This document shows, piece after piece, positions 25,301-40,300 of a stretch of 64,000 nucleotides of DNA. Source of the DNA: Phoronis australis (taxonomy: Eukaryota; Animalia; Phoronida); assembly GCA_002633005.1 (NCBI GenBank), contig NMRA01000242.1, positions 284,868 through 348,867 on the forward strand, in the 5' to 3' direction. The notes under the pieces were generated by a model, which was given only the letters and a program-made list of their open reading frames with translations, made no database searches and was not told the DNA's origin. The translations under genes were made by a program, and so were the position numbers. Positions within the stretch are counted from its first letter, which is position 1; every line of letters begins with the position of its first letter.

Positions 25301-28300
25301 TCCAGGTTCATGCCCTGGTCCGGACAGGATTCTTTTCAGACTTAAAATTACTAAGCTATGTGACATGAATACGTGACATATGGTGGGACAACTAGTTTAT
25401 GAATTACATTATTGAAAATTGGTCATGATTTATTTTAAATCTCTTCCAAGTTGTAGTATAACTGCATGACCTTAAAAGTTGCCTCATCCTTTGATCAGGG
25501 ATTTTCTATGTTACTTTCAGAAAAATGAAACCGATCATTGATTCGCACAGTCACCTCAATGATTTCAGATAAACAAACCTTAACCACCAGAGTTAAGAGA
25601 TAGATTCATTCCACATGGAATAAAGATATAAAAACAGATGTTAGTTTATGAAGTGGTTCACAATTCAAGAGAAATAATAACCTGGATTAATTAAAGAAAT
25701 CGTTTACATTATAGAGATAAATTCTGTTTTGCATTGCAGAGATAGAATCCTTTCACAATGCAGAGAGAAACTACAAACTGTGTTAATAGATAGAGTGGTT
25801 TACAGAAAAACTGATGAACCAAGAAGTGGTTATGCATTTTAAGCCTATGGATACTCCTAATAGGTCATTCATACTGTGACTGGTTAATACTTTTAAGGCC
25901 AATGGGAAGACATATACAGTAGGACAGTATTGCACTTCAGAAAATTTATCATGGATAATCCAAACGTATGAAGATATTTTCAAAAGTGAATAAAATGTAC
26001 ATTTAAGTAAACCAGCTCACAACCCTTTGTAAGCGCAGACCAGAAAAATGACGGATAACTAACTCCATACAAAAGCACAAATATGCTACAAAGCTTACTA
26101 TTTACTTGTTTTTATAGTCCTTATGGCCACACACAGCCTTAAGATTGCACTGCATTGTGCATTTCATTCTTTCCTTATTGCTATTGGCTAGTTGGAGTGA
26201 TTTAATAAATCATTGGCCAATGAAAGACATACTCATGCATGCTGGGAAAACCCATCAACATCAGAAATACTGGTTCCTGTTAACAAAACCACTCTCCTTG
26301 AAGATGATCTCCACGTACAATTTAAGAGCACTTCAAAACTGTATGCGGCTGTTAATCCCCCTACCCAGTGCGCTTTTAACAAAGTCCATGATTGTGGATA
26401 ATCTCTAAAGTGCCAAATTGTTTGGAAGTACCATACTAATTAAGACAGATTATTATTAAATCTAGATAAACACTTTAGAGAACTAAGGGTTGGGGTAATT
26501 AAAAATGAGGGACAGGCTAGAACCATAACAACAAGAGTTCAGCTAGCAAGAATATCATAATCACTGCTTACTTTTAACTAAATGATAGATAAAATTGTCT
26601 TGATGAGCATTTTTAATTTGAGAATGGTAATGTACATACTGATAAAGGGTGGATACTGAACCAGGTGGAAACAGATGGTGTAGTTAACAGTTATAGAGCA
26701 CAAAAACCTCTAAAGAGAATCCTGATGACCAAGTACTAGATGAGACTAACATGACCAGGCAATAAGAAGGTGCCGTGATATAGCATAGGGCAGCCAGCAT
26801 CCCACAAAGGACTGGTTTGTAACTTAAAGGAATGTATGTATGACCATGTGAAGCAAAAACATGTTTTTTGTCTTTCGATAAGTTCCACAACAGTAACAGT
26901 AGAGTGTAGAACCTCTATAGCATTTATCTGACCTCCCCATGAAAAAGAAAAATCACCCTTATTAAATGAGGCACTCAGGGGTCACAGGTTTCCAGGGAAG
27001 ATAAGTCTCCACTTCTTGACATTTTAGAAAGATGCAACACCAGCTGAGTTACACCACAAGACAGCTAAACACTAAACTAAATCGAAAGCATAACCTAAAT
27101 TCACATCTGCAGCCTGGCTAACATTACAAAAGTTGACAATAAAGAAACTTCAAAATGCATCAAGTGCGCTTACAAGAGATTATTGAGAGGGAACAGACAG
27201 ACAGACAGACAGACAAGAGGGGTCACTGTCAGCCTACCTGCCGTTGGCGCTCCTGTTCCTTCGCCCAGTCCTCCATTCGCTTACGCTCCTGATCCATACT
27301 GAATGCCCTTCGACTAAAGCTGGTTGATGAAGGGCGTTGCCTCGACAAGTGATCCTCAAAGTCCTTCTCAACACGACTCTCAAGGTTACTTTTGTTCTGC
27401 GAATTTTTCCACGGCTCGAAAATCAGTGATGTCCTCGACTTAGGAGGAGCCACAGGCTCAGGTTCCCTCCTAGGTACATTATTTACTATCACATTTGTAC
27501 CAGTAGGGGATATCACCTGATTGTTCAACTTTGCAAGGGGGGCCGAGACCTGCATATGTTCCGCAACCTTGTCCTCTACCACAGCATGATGGCGCTCATT
27601 GACACCAGTCACACCATCATCACCCAGTGCCCGTTGATTAGCCAGTCTTTGCTGTTGAATTTTTTCCTCAACTTTGGCCATCTCAAGACTGATGAATGGG
27701 TCATCAAGGGAACTGTCAACTCCTGATGAAGAGTCTGGTTCCTTCTCAACAGTCGGCATAGAACAGTCACCCGACACGCCATTTGTTTCACTCACATCAT
27801 CAATTGATGACTCGTTGGTGAGACTACTCCAAATATTATCGTCTTGCTTTTCCTGCCAAGAGGCTTTTAAACTTGCCTGCCAATTTCGTTTTGGCTTCTT
27901 TTCCAACTCATGACTAAAATCATTCTTGTTCACCATAGAGTCTAGTTCTGCTGTTCTTGGAGGCTGAGATTCAAGTGTAGTAGAAATCAGCGCACTGCTA
28001 ATGGTATCCTCAGATAATTCACTACTTAGAGTGGACAATTTAGAATCCTGTAATACAATATGCAAGGCATGCTCAAGAATGCCAACAACAGAAAAATTTG
28101 TTCAGCAGTATTGTAACATGTTGTTGCAGTGTTAAATCTAACGGAGATTAAAGTAAATCATCATAATGAAGAATTGCAAACAGAGGAAGACAAGCTTTCA
28201 CATGCGCAGTGCATGACTACAGACGAGTCAAATGCCTGAAAGCTGGCAAGTGTTAAAACATGCACAAAAATACCAAAAAATGAGAAACTGAGTTTTAAAC

Positions 28301-31300
28301 ATTTATAAAAGATAACTGCTCTAAACTGAGTAGCTGCTGAAAGAGAAATGACAGTTAATAAAACGCCTGATTGATTGCCGCATTGCAAAAGATAAGTTAA
28401 TTTCCAGCTGTGTCGCTCCATTTTTGCTAGCTGCTAAAACACAAGTAATTCCCTAATCACCTCCGCCAACTCTTAGAGTGCTGCCATCAGTTCATACTTA
28501 CAGGGTCCTGTTCTAGAATATTCTGATAACTCTTAGCCAGCTGCTCTTCATCATCATCTTCCCTATCCTCAGATACTATGTCCTTGTCCATGTGATCACT
28601 AGCAGAGACTGCGCCATCTATATCCTGCAGAAGAAGATACATGATGTTGAACAACATTAACTTCCCTTGTGAGGTTGGTATCCTTTTACTGTAACATACC
28701 AGTCTACCGAAAAATTAAATTTGGACAAATTGCTTTGCATTAAAGAAACGTAACAACAAACAGTGTTCATACAACACAGATATTCAATTAAATACGGTAA
28801 CAGGATAACTTCATTACCAAGGATAGAATTTCTTAAGTAACTTTTTGAGTATTAATAATAAACAATAATAAACCAAAACTATGTTTTTAAAATCCTTGAT
28901 AATCACAGAATCTTTTCATGTGCACAAAAACAATGCCCAAAGGTTTATAATCATTTATCTGTGTTTTTTCAAAAAATCTTAATTTTTCATGGAGATCATT
29001 GTAATTCACACACGTGAATTTTTTCAGATGAAACTTGTAAATTCTGTTCCTTCATTTTGTTAGCTTCAATAGCACGTCTGGGGTTTCCTTTAAGACCTTT
29101 TAGCTTGAGAGCTCTGCTCTCAAAAATGGAGACATCAACGTCCTTTAAAAAATAGATATCTTGATTTTTGACAGCCCAACTCTTGGGCTAAAAAATCTTA
29201 AAAGAAAATCCGAGGCACGATTTTCTAGCTAATCAAATAAAGAAACAGAATTTGCTAATTTTGTGCAAAAAAAATTGTGCATGTTAATTCAACAGTCTCC
29301 AAGAAAAATCTCTCTCCTTGAAAAAATGCAATACCACACATAATAAAATTCTGTCATCAGCAAGGATTCCAAAAATTAAATAGCTCTATGAGTCTACTAT
29401 CAATGAATAATTTAAAAGTTATTTAAGAAATCATTGTTAATGAAGGTATCCTATTATGTATCTTTGAAAACTTAATGCCATTTGAAAAAAACAAGATTGT
29501 AAAGGAACTGGTGAACCTCTTGAAATTTCGTTTCTGTTTTGTTATTCAGTTCGGGCGAGCATTCAGCCTTCGTCTGTGATTGGTCAATTCTCTTCTGCTG
29601 CACCATGCCTATTTTCCTCTGAGCTGGGCCGCGACTGGGAACTGGTTTGTAAGGTGTGTCTTTAGTCTTTGTTGAGTCAGCCGGCACAGGTAGCTCTATT
29701 GATATATTGACACGATTACACAAAATCAGGAAACTCTTGAAAACCTTCATGTTGGCTCCATTGAACTACAGTAATACACGTCATTGGCAGCTATAGCACT
29801 GTGAACACCTCGAGTATTTTTGTACTCTCAAATTATCCCACAGACGGAAGCATTTCATGTCACCACATGAGTAAAATTCAACTTCAATCACAATAAAAAA
29901 AGATTGCAGGTGGCCTGGTGCCTTTTGCGGTACATCAGGCGTGTTTAGGCCACAAGGCCGGGCCCATTACACTAATAACCTGATTATGACTCATGGGGAC
30001 ACAACTTCATCGGATTCCTCGTGGGTAAAATCTTCTAATCTGCTTGTTTGTTTCAGAAAGACAGAAAGACTATTAAACCTTATGAACTAACAATGTTAAC
30101 CAGGCAGGTTATGAGTTTATCAAGTAGTAGATTACGGTGTCTATTGTAGGCAGGGCAAATCTCTACCAGATGTTGAGGAGTCTTAGCCTCCAAGCCACAG
30201 TTGGGACACAATGAACATGCCATGTGGCCTGTGATGTTACAGTACCCATCTAGGTTGCAATGTCTAGTAATAACCTGGATCAGCTGCCTTATAGCAAGCC
30301 TATCTAAACATAACAGTTTCTTTGAACCTCTTGGATTAATAGGACTTGGAAAAAGTTGCTTGGTTTGTCTGCAGGCGGAGAGCTTTCTCCATGCATCCAC
30401 AGACATTTTGCGGACCCAGCGTCTTATCTTTGCTCTGAAGCAAATATAGGCAACTGGTATGCAAGGTTCTGATACAAAATCACAATAAGAAGTCCCATGA
30501 CTCCCAAAATATAGGATGATGATGAATGCACTGGTATATTCATGTAATAACAGGCTTAATCAAACGTTATAAGTACAAAACTTCACAAATGACTTTTGAG
30601 ACTTGCTAGCCATTCCTAGACCAAATTTTATTGCTGTTACAATTGAAGCTCCCACATGCAAAGATATGAAAGCACTCCAAGGAATACTTTGACAGTGTGT
30701 TGAGTGACAACACAACTGATCTGGCTTCTGTATTCAGTGGCTATGTCATGTTCAGATTTCATTTTAATTCAAAAGTCAATTACTCAATGCCACACTAGGC
30801 CTTGTAAATCCTATTTCTAGTCTAGTATCCAACACATTAAGTCTGGCTCTAACAGCACAGCACTCACCTCCAGGCTTATAGGCACGGCGTATGAATACTT
30901 CCATGCGACCCATGACGTTGGCTGCCTTGTTCATCTGCAGCACCACGTAACCATGGTTACACTCCGACATGCTCTCCGCGTTAATTGCCGTGATCTCATC
31001 TCCCACCTTTAGGCCAGCTTCAGCAGCTGCACTTTCTGTGGAAATTAATTACACTTTTAGGCACTAATTGACAACTGTGGATTACTAAGATGATAGTGAA
31101 GGATGTAGATGGTCGGGACAAAGTCAGCTTAAACTTAAGATCTTAGGAGTTACTGTACACTAGGCATAAATAAAGTTGGTAGGTATAGTAATGTTCTGGC
31201 ATCTACATAATCACTCATCCAAACTGAAATTATGTTTCCTAAAATTGAAGTAACCATAATATAGACATTTTCACAAGCACACAAAACCTACGCTGGAAGG

Positions 31301-34300
31301 AAGAAGTTCATGATGACATAGGTTGTAATTTTTTCAAGAAATATAACTGTAAATCATGTTATAACAAACTAACATTTCCAGAAGTTCGCTTTACTGAGGG
31401 AGCTGCTTAGTCAAATAGAGTGCACTTTGCGTGCCCTGAAAATACTGATAGCACAGCTATCTTATACCTTCGTCACTGTCACTGAGAATCCAAAAGCTGT
31501 CTCTCAACTGCTATGATCTAACAGCCACCAGTAGACTCCCCTTAACACAATGGAATGGATGATGTATTGATCATCACAATTCCAAACAGCACAAACCTGG
31601 CGCTACTGAAGCTATGGAAACAGGTATGCCTTTATCCTTGCCACCTTTTATGGTCAGCCCCCAGCCTTTGTCCTCAAGATACTCTTCCCGAGGTAAGTTC
31701 ATATTGACCACCAACCTCATGTAACCCTGGTATCAAAACAACACAGTGTTAGCCAGCAACATGTAAGTGCACAGAATAACTTACACTGTTTTAACACAAT
31801 TGCATATTCTGGTTTCACAAACCGGACCATACAACAAAGTTATTATGATGAAAAATTGATTGATGGAGTGAAGAAACTGAGTTCTAAAGCAAAAAATTGC
31901 ACATGAATTGAACGATTTATTTTTTCCTTAAGGCAAATTGCATAATTTTAGTATTCAGTTCAGGAACACAATGTTGCTATCTCACAACGTTCTGGACAAA
32001 TTTTTGAATATTTCAGCAACTACTGAAATACGTCAAAGATTAACCCCCTCCACTCGCCCTCATATTTTTCTTCACCACCTATTTCGCAGAATGCGCAATG
32101 TTATTGACATTACAAAAACAACAAGAGCAATGCGGAGCGTTGAAATGCGCCCACGAATGCATCGCAAATGGTGTGCTTTTAGGGTTATTTATTTGTATCA
32201 TAAAAATGGCCACTAGATACCGCAAAAACGTACAATCATTCCAAATACAGCTATGGATGCAAAATAAAACCGAGCTACCACTAAGAGGCGCCACAGTAGT
32301 CAGTTGCCATCATCAAACGTCCTCTTCACAATGAGAACATTTCAATTTTCAAAACCATCCCTAGAAGGATTTGGTTGACCAAGGTTTGAAAACAGCAAAA
32401 ATGGCCACTAGGTGGCGCAAAATACATAGATTCCATCCAAAAACAGGAGCAAAGCATCATCTCTTCAATAGATGCCTATATCCAAAATTTTATGAAAATC
32501 TGTTTTGGACCTTTGAAGATACAGAGGTAAACGTAAAAAACTAAAATTGCCACTAGGGGGTACACGAGTGGTCAGATCCATCCGAAAAACGTCGTTGTTC
32601 GTTGTTAACATCATATAACTATACTTGCTATATCAAGTACAGATCCTGCAAACGGTTTAGGAAATACAGCCATGAGCGCAAAAAAACTGCCAACAAGAGT
32701 AATCGAAGTTGGAAAATCTTCGTCAGCCGTCCACTTCATAGTTAAAACATACATGCCAATTTTCACAATTATCCTGAAAGCGGTTTGGTTGATAGACGAG
32801 TGAACGCCAAAAAACAGACTCAAAAACAGTAAAAATGGCCTCTAGGTGGCGCAAACTAGGTCGAATCCATCTGAAAATGGAGAGATGGCGTCACCTCATT
32901 AACAGATGTCTGTATGCCAAATTTTATGAAAACACATTGAGGACCTTTGAAGATAGAGAGGTAAACGTAAAAAATAAAATTGCCACTATGTGGCACCAGT
33001 AGTCAGATCTGTCTGATAGTCGTCATCTTGCGTTATTAACATCATATAAATGCACTTACTAAATTTAGTAAAGATCCTGCAAACGGTTTAGGAGATACAG
33101 CCACTAGGAGGCGCCACAGTAGTTGAAGTCGTCGGAAAACCCATCGTCAGCCGTCCACTTCATAGTAAGAACATACATGACAATTTTCGCAATCATCCTT
33201 AGAGCGGTTTGGTTGATGGAGGGATTTACGCCAAAAAACAGACTCGAAAACAGTAAAAATGGCCCCTAGGTGATGCAAAATACCTCGAATCCATTCGAAA
33301 ACGAAAAGACAGCGTCACCTCATTAATAGATGCCTATGTGCCAAATTTCATGAAAATCGGTTGAAGACCTTTCAAGATATAGAGGCAAACGTAAAAAACC
33401 AGGGGGCACAGCAGTATTCGGGTCCGTCCGAAACTCGTCACCCTCTGTCGTCAGCCCTATTTGAACACACCTGCCAAATTTCAATAAGGTCCTGCAAGGG
33501 GTTTAGGAGATACAGGACGCCAAGACAGAGATGACGGCAATATGCACCCACACATAAATATGTGGGCGCATAAAAATTGCAAGCATGACAGGAGGCAATC
33601 TTACCTCCCTAGCCGAAGTTAACATGACGGTCGAGCGTTTTGATTGGTGGATGAGCTGAGGGCCAACAAACTCATCGTCTGAACTCTCCTCACTCGATTC
33701 TTCTTCTGATCCTTCTTCACTTTCTTCTTGCTGCTGTCCAGTGTCCCTACTAGGTGGCGCTGAATGCGCTACTGAATTTCTAACAGGGACTATGGCTTCG
33801 TCATCAGCATCACCATCGTCTGTATTCCGTGTAGAATACCCGAAATATCCACTGGCTCTTCGCGATCTGGAGAGTAAATAAAGAATTTGATAGCAATGTA
33901 CAAATTTAGACCAGCCAGTCTATACTGGCCAAATAAATGTTGGAATTCCCGCTCAAGTGGAAAGGAAGGCTGATAAGCACTGCTTTATGTTTACCTAAGG
34001 TATTGAACTTCAAGGACATGAACAAACACAAATTTGTGCCATTAGTAAAGACAGAGAATAAAGAAAACTATGTTTAAGTTGACTGTGTGGACCAGCATCC
34101 AACAAGCCTCACAGTCTCCCCGTTCAAAGTCAGTATTACATCAATGATAACTGCACAGTTTAAGTTGAAAAACACGTATTTGAGAGATGTTGCTAAGTTG
34201 AGGCTTATTGTACATTTTACAGCAGCTAATGTGACAAAAAGTGTTACAAATATCAAGGCAGCACAATACTTAGCCAGCCAGCTAGCTGTATGAAGACTAC

Positions 34301-37300
34301 CGTCAAATTAGTATACAGCTTTGTCCCAAGGCTAGGTACAACTTAGCCAGCCAGCTAGCTGTATGAAGACTATCGCCAAAATACAGCTAGGTACCACTGT
34401 GTGTTAACAATCGTAGAAAAAAGAAACTGGCCAATAGATGATGCAATATTTCATGGATTCGAAAGCCGATGCAGAAGATCGCTCCACAAATTTAGCAGCA
34501 GAATAGTGGTAGAACGTCAATTTTTCCAAAACCAGAAAATAATTTTATTTACTCAAATAATTGTGCAGTTTTTAACGACACTAATTTTGTGTCATATTTT
34601 ATCTGGTCAGTTTTCTACCCACATCAGCACAAAGCTGTATATTTAGTGTCCGGCCTTGTACCAAGGCTACACAATACTCATACAGTGTCGTCGCTGCCAA
34701 CAGTCTAACAAGTCATTAAATAACCCTTCTCACTACATTTCAATTATACCTGCTTAGTAGAAAATGTCAAAAACAAACAAAAAATATTATTATAGTAAAC
34801 AGACGAGTTAACACTCGCGTTCATGTAAGCACCCATTTCCTACTTTGAAACATTTTCAAATTGAGTGTCTACTGCTTGCTTAACCTCAATTTTTGAGAAT
34901 TTTCAATTAAGCACTCTTTGCTTGGGCAATGTCCACCTGTAATTTGCTTTAATCAGTGAATTGATATTCAAAAAAGTAATGTGCAATTTAAAATGCAGAA
35001 ACTGGATTGACTTCTAGTCACAGTGTAGTAGCAGTTTACATCAGAAACAATGTATTTTGTTAGCAAAACATGATAAAATTAACATTGACGGAGACTGTAG
35101 TCGGCCAGCTATAGGCTCTCATTTTTGGCTACAACAAATTTATTTTTTAAAAGAATCCATGATTTTTCAGTTTTGAGAGCCTAGCCCTACATCTGTTTAC
35201 CTCCAAAGGTAAAGTAACACCAATGACAGGCACGGTGGGTTCACGTGTCTTGACGAGGTTGACCTATTTTTTCATTTATGGTAAGTATTCAACGACAAAG
35301 GATCAAACTCATGGAAATCTGCGATATTTTGAAGCTTTTTATTTCATACAAAATTAATTAGTGGATATGAACCAACATCACAATATTTTCTGCTCATGAA
35401 ATTTACACACATCATTCCTGCATCAATATGCCATTCAACCAGGACATACCACACCTAGATGAAGTTTTTTGACAGAAAGTTTCCCAATAGTTTGAGAACC
35501 AATACTTGAACTGAGAACTTTGCATCTTTAATGACTTTGATGATATTCATACCACAGATCAGTCATAGAATTTTGGCAGGTATTTTTCCAACTCATCTCA
35601 AGTTGCATAGTTACCTACATGAATACAGGTGTCAGCGCGAGAGAACTGATTTCGGGTAAGAAACTAACCAAATTTTGGTATATGGATTTCAATTTTGAAG
35701 GTCATAGGTGATCAGGGCAACCACCTGGTTCAGGCTTCGATAAGTGCTCACCCCATTTCGATTAAAACAACCCATCTCAGGGTTAACCAGCCACCTCCCA
35801 TTTCCAGACACACCAATTCGAGCAGCCAGGGTGTAAGTCCAATGTTTACAGTATATGTGACTTAAATATAATATTGAAGAGCAAATGTAAAGGAACCTAT
35901 TTGTTGCAAGTTACACAACTATCCCAAACTGAATATAACCAGAATTGATGCATGTGATCCACTTACTTGTCTAGCATTGTTTCAGCAGATGGTTTAGGCT
36001 TCCTGCGGTTCCTGTTATCATCCTCTTCCTCTAGAGCCAATGTTGTTGAAGCCGACGCACTCCTTCGCCGTTGCTTCCAGTTTGTGAGATTCTACAAGGA
36101 ATGCAATGACATGTGAATACATTGCAACGAGTTACATAACCCGGAGATATGAGCCTATTAACCAATGGAGAAATGATAATCCTACCTGTGCGTTGGTGTT
36201 TGATAACAACGTAAGGTTACGTTTGCATTTGATGTACAACATCAGTATCTCAGTTGCTTCTGTTGCAATAAAAAGTGGAATAGTTTCAAGAGTGTCATCA
36301 ACACTGCCACACAGTACAAGTACAGACAGACTTTCTATCACCAAAAGGAACAAACACGGGTAAGTCTATGGGTTAGTCTATCCCACGAATAGCTGCCATT
36401 CTACAATCATTAGGTACAACACAAGGGTACGTCTGTTCCACAAACAGACTTCTGTCTCTATGCCATCAATGGTTATAAACAAGGGCAAGACCATCTCACA
36501 ATCACTCAGTGCTAGGAATGGCACACAGTAGCCCATGTAATGAGCATAGCGCAGGCCAAGTAATGGCACACAGTAACCCATGTAATGAGCATAGCGCAGG
36601 CCAAGTAATGGCACACAGTAACCCATGGAATGAGCATAGCGCAGGCCAAGTAATGGCACACAGTAACCCATGTAATGAGCATAGCGCAGGCCAAGCAACC
36701 CGTCATAATTATGTGTGATAAAATGGGCTTTATTACATTCCTACGAAGGTACAACTATGTGGTTCGGTCCTTCACATCTAAGCGAAACTGAAATACCCCT
36801 GCTACAGAAAGCACACAAGACAGTGCATGCCATCTCACAACTGTCCAAGGAAAGACTATTGAACAACATTTGAAAGACTGCTCCACCAACCATGCCAGTT
36901 CATCAAAAACAGCAAAGAACTACCAAACAGCGTTAATTAGTTCACTGGAATGACATACAAACTGTTGGCGATAAAGACAAATCACCTCCAAATATGACAT
37001 CCTTTCATTCATGAAACAAGCAGCAAGTGAACATTCAAAAGAAAGTCAGAGGACTGACAGAGCACCTCATACTAAGTCTGTCTGTGGCCCACGCAGTGCC
37101 TTACTTTCTAACTAAAGTCTGAGCAGGCTTATGTGAAGCGTTCGAGGCTTGGGCTGATTTGCTGTCCAGTATTTACTGTTGTTCTTCAACCCACCTCAAC
37201 GATGCTCAAAACTAATCCTCAAATGTTCCACAATGTGAAGTCACTGTTTTTATTCAACGCAGTTGTTACTGGATATAATTGCATACCTTACATTCTGTTC

Positions 37301-40300
37301 AAATCTGTTGAGAAAAATGAACTAGTGCTTATGTTAAGACCCCCTCCCCCTCTTCTCTAACTTGTTCCTCTCATTTTACTTATAATAGTTCAAATACAAA
37401 TAGAATTTTCATACAGTTACGATTATTTCAGAACTTGTGTGCTAAGCTCAAGTAAACTGAATGTCATACTAACACAGTGTGTAAGCACGAACTTTAATTT
37501 TGAAAGTACCCCCCAGTTCAACCACTTAGAAACATGCCATTTAGAGTTAACTGTAATACAATCAATATAATATCCATCACAAAACTGCACTAACCTTTGA
37601 ATTAAGTCAAACAGAGGGCACCGTACAAAAAGTATAAAGCTAAAGGGGCTGCTAGGATACTTCTAAACTAAGGTATAGTAGGAAATAAACAACAGCACTA
37701 TTATAACATACATTCATGTATAAACACACTCACACACATATATACTGGGTTGACTTGAAGATCTGCACCTTGCCAATGCGATTTCAGATTGTGTTTGGTG
37801 ACCTAGCAAAAATTCTAAGGTGCCATGAAGTCGCCACAGCGAGAAGCAAATGTCAGACAATAATTCATCCGGTAATAGCCTATTCAAATTGGTTATAAAA
37901 GCATGTCCGGTTTGTGGTCCCTGAACTCCCTAAGTTTGTGTCGCAGCCATTTTGTGTTATGGGACGTTTCTAACTACCTAACATTGTCCTTACATTTAAA
38001 CCACAAGGGGACATCAAATTTCTTTATTGTGACACCTTCCCCCAACCCACAAAGACCAACGTGAGTAATGGTGACTTACCGATTTCCACTCCTCGTCATC
38101 ATGTGTGATTTTATGACGAATTTCTTTAATCTGTGTAGATATCTGCATTTGGGCCTCTGCTGTTTTTGCTAATGGTGACACCTTTGTGGCGATGAACTGG
38201 TTTGGGTTGGGATGGGCGGCACTTGTCTTCCTTTCCACTGGCCGTGTGATGGCGACAGGGTCATCTGTTTTTGATGTGCCCACTAGGCTGTCATGTGATG
38301 AGTACTGATCTCCATAGCGAAATCGGTTGTACGCCTCCCTGGCATCATCCTGACTCAGGTTGTCATCACTGCGATAATGAGGACGATCAAATCTATGATC
38401 TGCTGTGTACGAGGCATCAAATGTTGCAGAGAACCGTGGATTCTCATCATGTGACCTCCACGGGTGACTGCTACTATGACGACGCGGGTTTTCTCGTCCA
38501 GGCATCACGTCTTCGCCGCTGTGACCTTCATCCGAAAACGGGCGCTCCAATGACCCCGAGGAATCGTATGAACTGTCTGGAAAGTGCTGCAAACTGGCCT
38601 CCACCTGATGCTGTTGCTGCTCCTCACGGTACGACAGATGCTCACCACTTCGCAGGGAACCGTACGCGCTAGAGTAATCGAGAGAGTCGGATGAAGCTTG
38701 TCGCCCGTGACTGGCAGGCTCTTGTCGACCGTGACTGGCAGGCTCTTGGTAGTAGTTCTGAGTATAATGCTTCTCGTACTTGTGTTCAAGGGGTTTCAGT
38801 TCAATGGTGGAGTCAAAGCCAGCAATAAGTCCAGCGAAAGCATGTAAGTCCAACTTGGGACCCTGGAACTTGTTCTGCAGCGCCCGACCTAGCCAGTAGA
38901 TTGTTATACACACCTGAAATGAACAACAAATAAACTGTACAGGATGTGAATTACATCATGGGAATAACAGCAAAATGGGAAATCCAGTGGCTTCACCAAC
39001 TGGCTATGAGAGGAGTATAACCTTGTGGTGGAGTAAATATTACAGTCTGACCTCTTTTCATAAGATATTACCCAGCAGGCAGTCATGATATAGAAATCAA
39101 TAAAGCAGGCAGGCTTTATGTAAACTTACACTGAAAATGGAAATTGACCGTGAAGCTTCCCTTGAAAAAACAAGTTTGAACCGGTTTTTAAGTTTCACAA
39201 CTGTAGGTTAGAGTAGGGCAGACAAACAAGATCAAGTTTTCTTAAAAGACAATTCTGCACTATAACTACTATCAGACAGCATCTTTGAATAGTAGAGGGC
39301 TAAAAACAGATAAAGGAAAATTCTAGTAATTATTTTAACCTGAAATCGGTAAACATTTTACCACAGATTTGCGTATAATGACACAACACTTGAACTTCAT
39401 TTCTATTATTTAGTAAGACTCCTTGGAAATAGCCTCAAAGACACAGCGAGTGTTACTGTAAATGTAAAACTTGGTTTTAATTTGGAGAGTATCCTGCACA
39501 ATGCTGGGTCATACCAACACGCATAAAATTATCCTGAAAGGAGACCACAAAATAAGGCTAATGCAATTGTTGAATCACAAATTAGTAAAATCACAAAACC
39601 TTGACAACTCACTGACTGGACAATACATATTTACATTAGGGTAAATAATTTTTTGCATTTCATCTCATTTAGCTGGTTAAAAAACCAATTGGGCCTTTTA
39701 CTCTCATCAAATCGGTTTTATATTCCTTATTGTGATAGGATACTATATCTGCTACCAAGTATCAAAAACCTTCAGCAACTGGACAAACGCTAAAGAGGCC
39801 AACCCTAAATTTGGAAATACGACACCAGTAAGCATTGTCTGGGGTTGGCAGCTGGGGGAAGGTGATTAAATGTGAAACCTTCCTACACCCTCATTCAGCC
39901 AAAGTTATGTCATGTGCAACCCCCCACCCCAAACAGCAGAAGTTCAGAACAAGATAACCTTGCACACAGAGGAAGGTAACACATCACTAACTTCACTCAA
40001 TCAACACAGCCTGAATTTGAGATGCCCATCTGCACAGTGAGAGGTGACATAAAGAGAACGTGTGGATGATAAATGCAAGTCTGCCACTGTTAAATGTGTA
40101 AAAAACAGGGCTTTGTAAATTTGAATTCCAAATGCATACTGAGAACAAATTTTTCAAAACATAGCAACTGACTGAGCTTGAATTTTCACCTTTTACTGCA
40201 GATCAACTTGAGAGGCAGTGTGTTCAAAACTTGAACTGAACAGGAATTCAATCAACTGGAGTCAGGCGTGATAATTAAAACCACCATGGAAAATAGACAT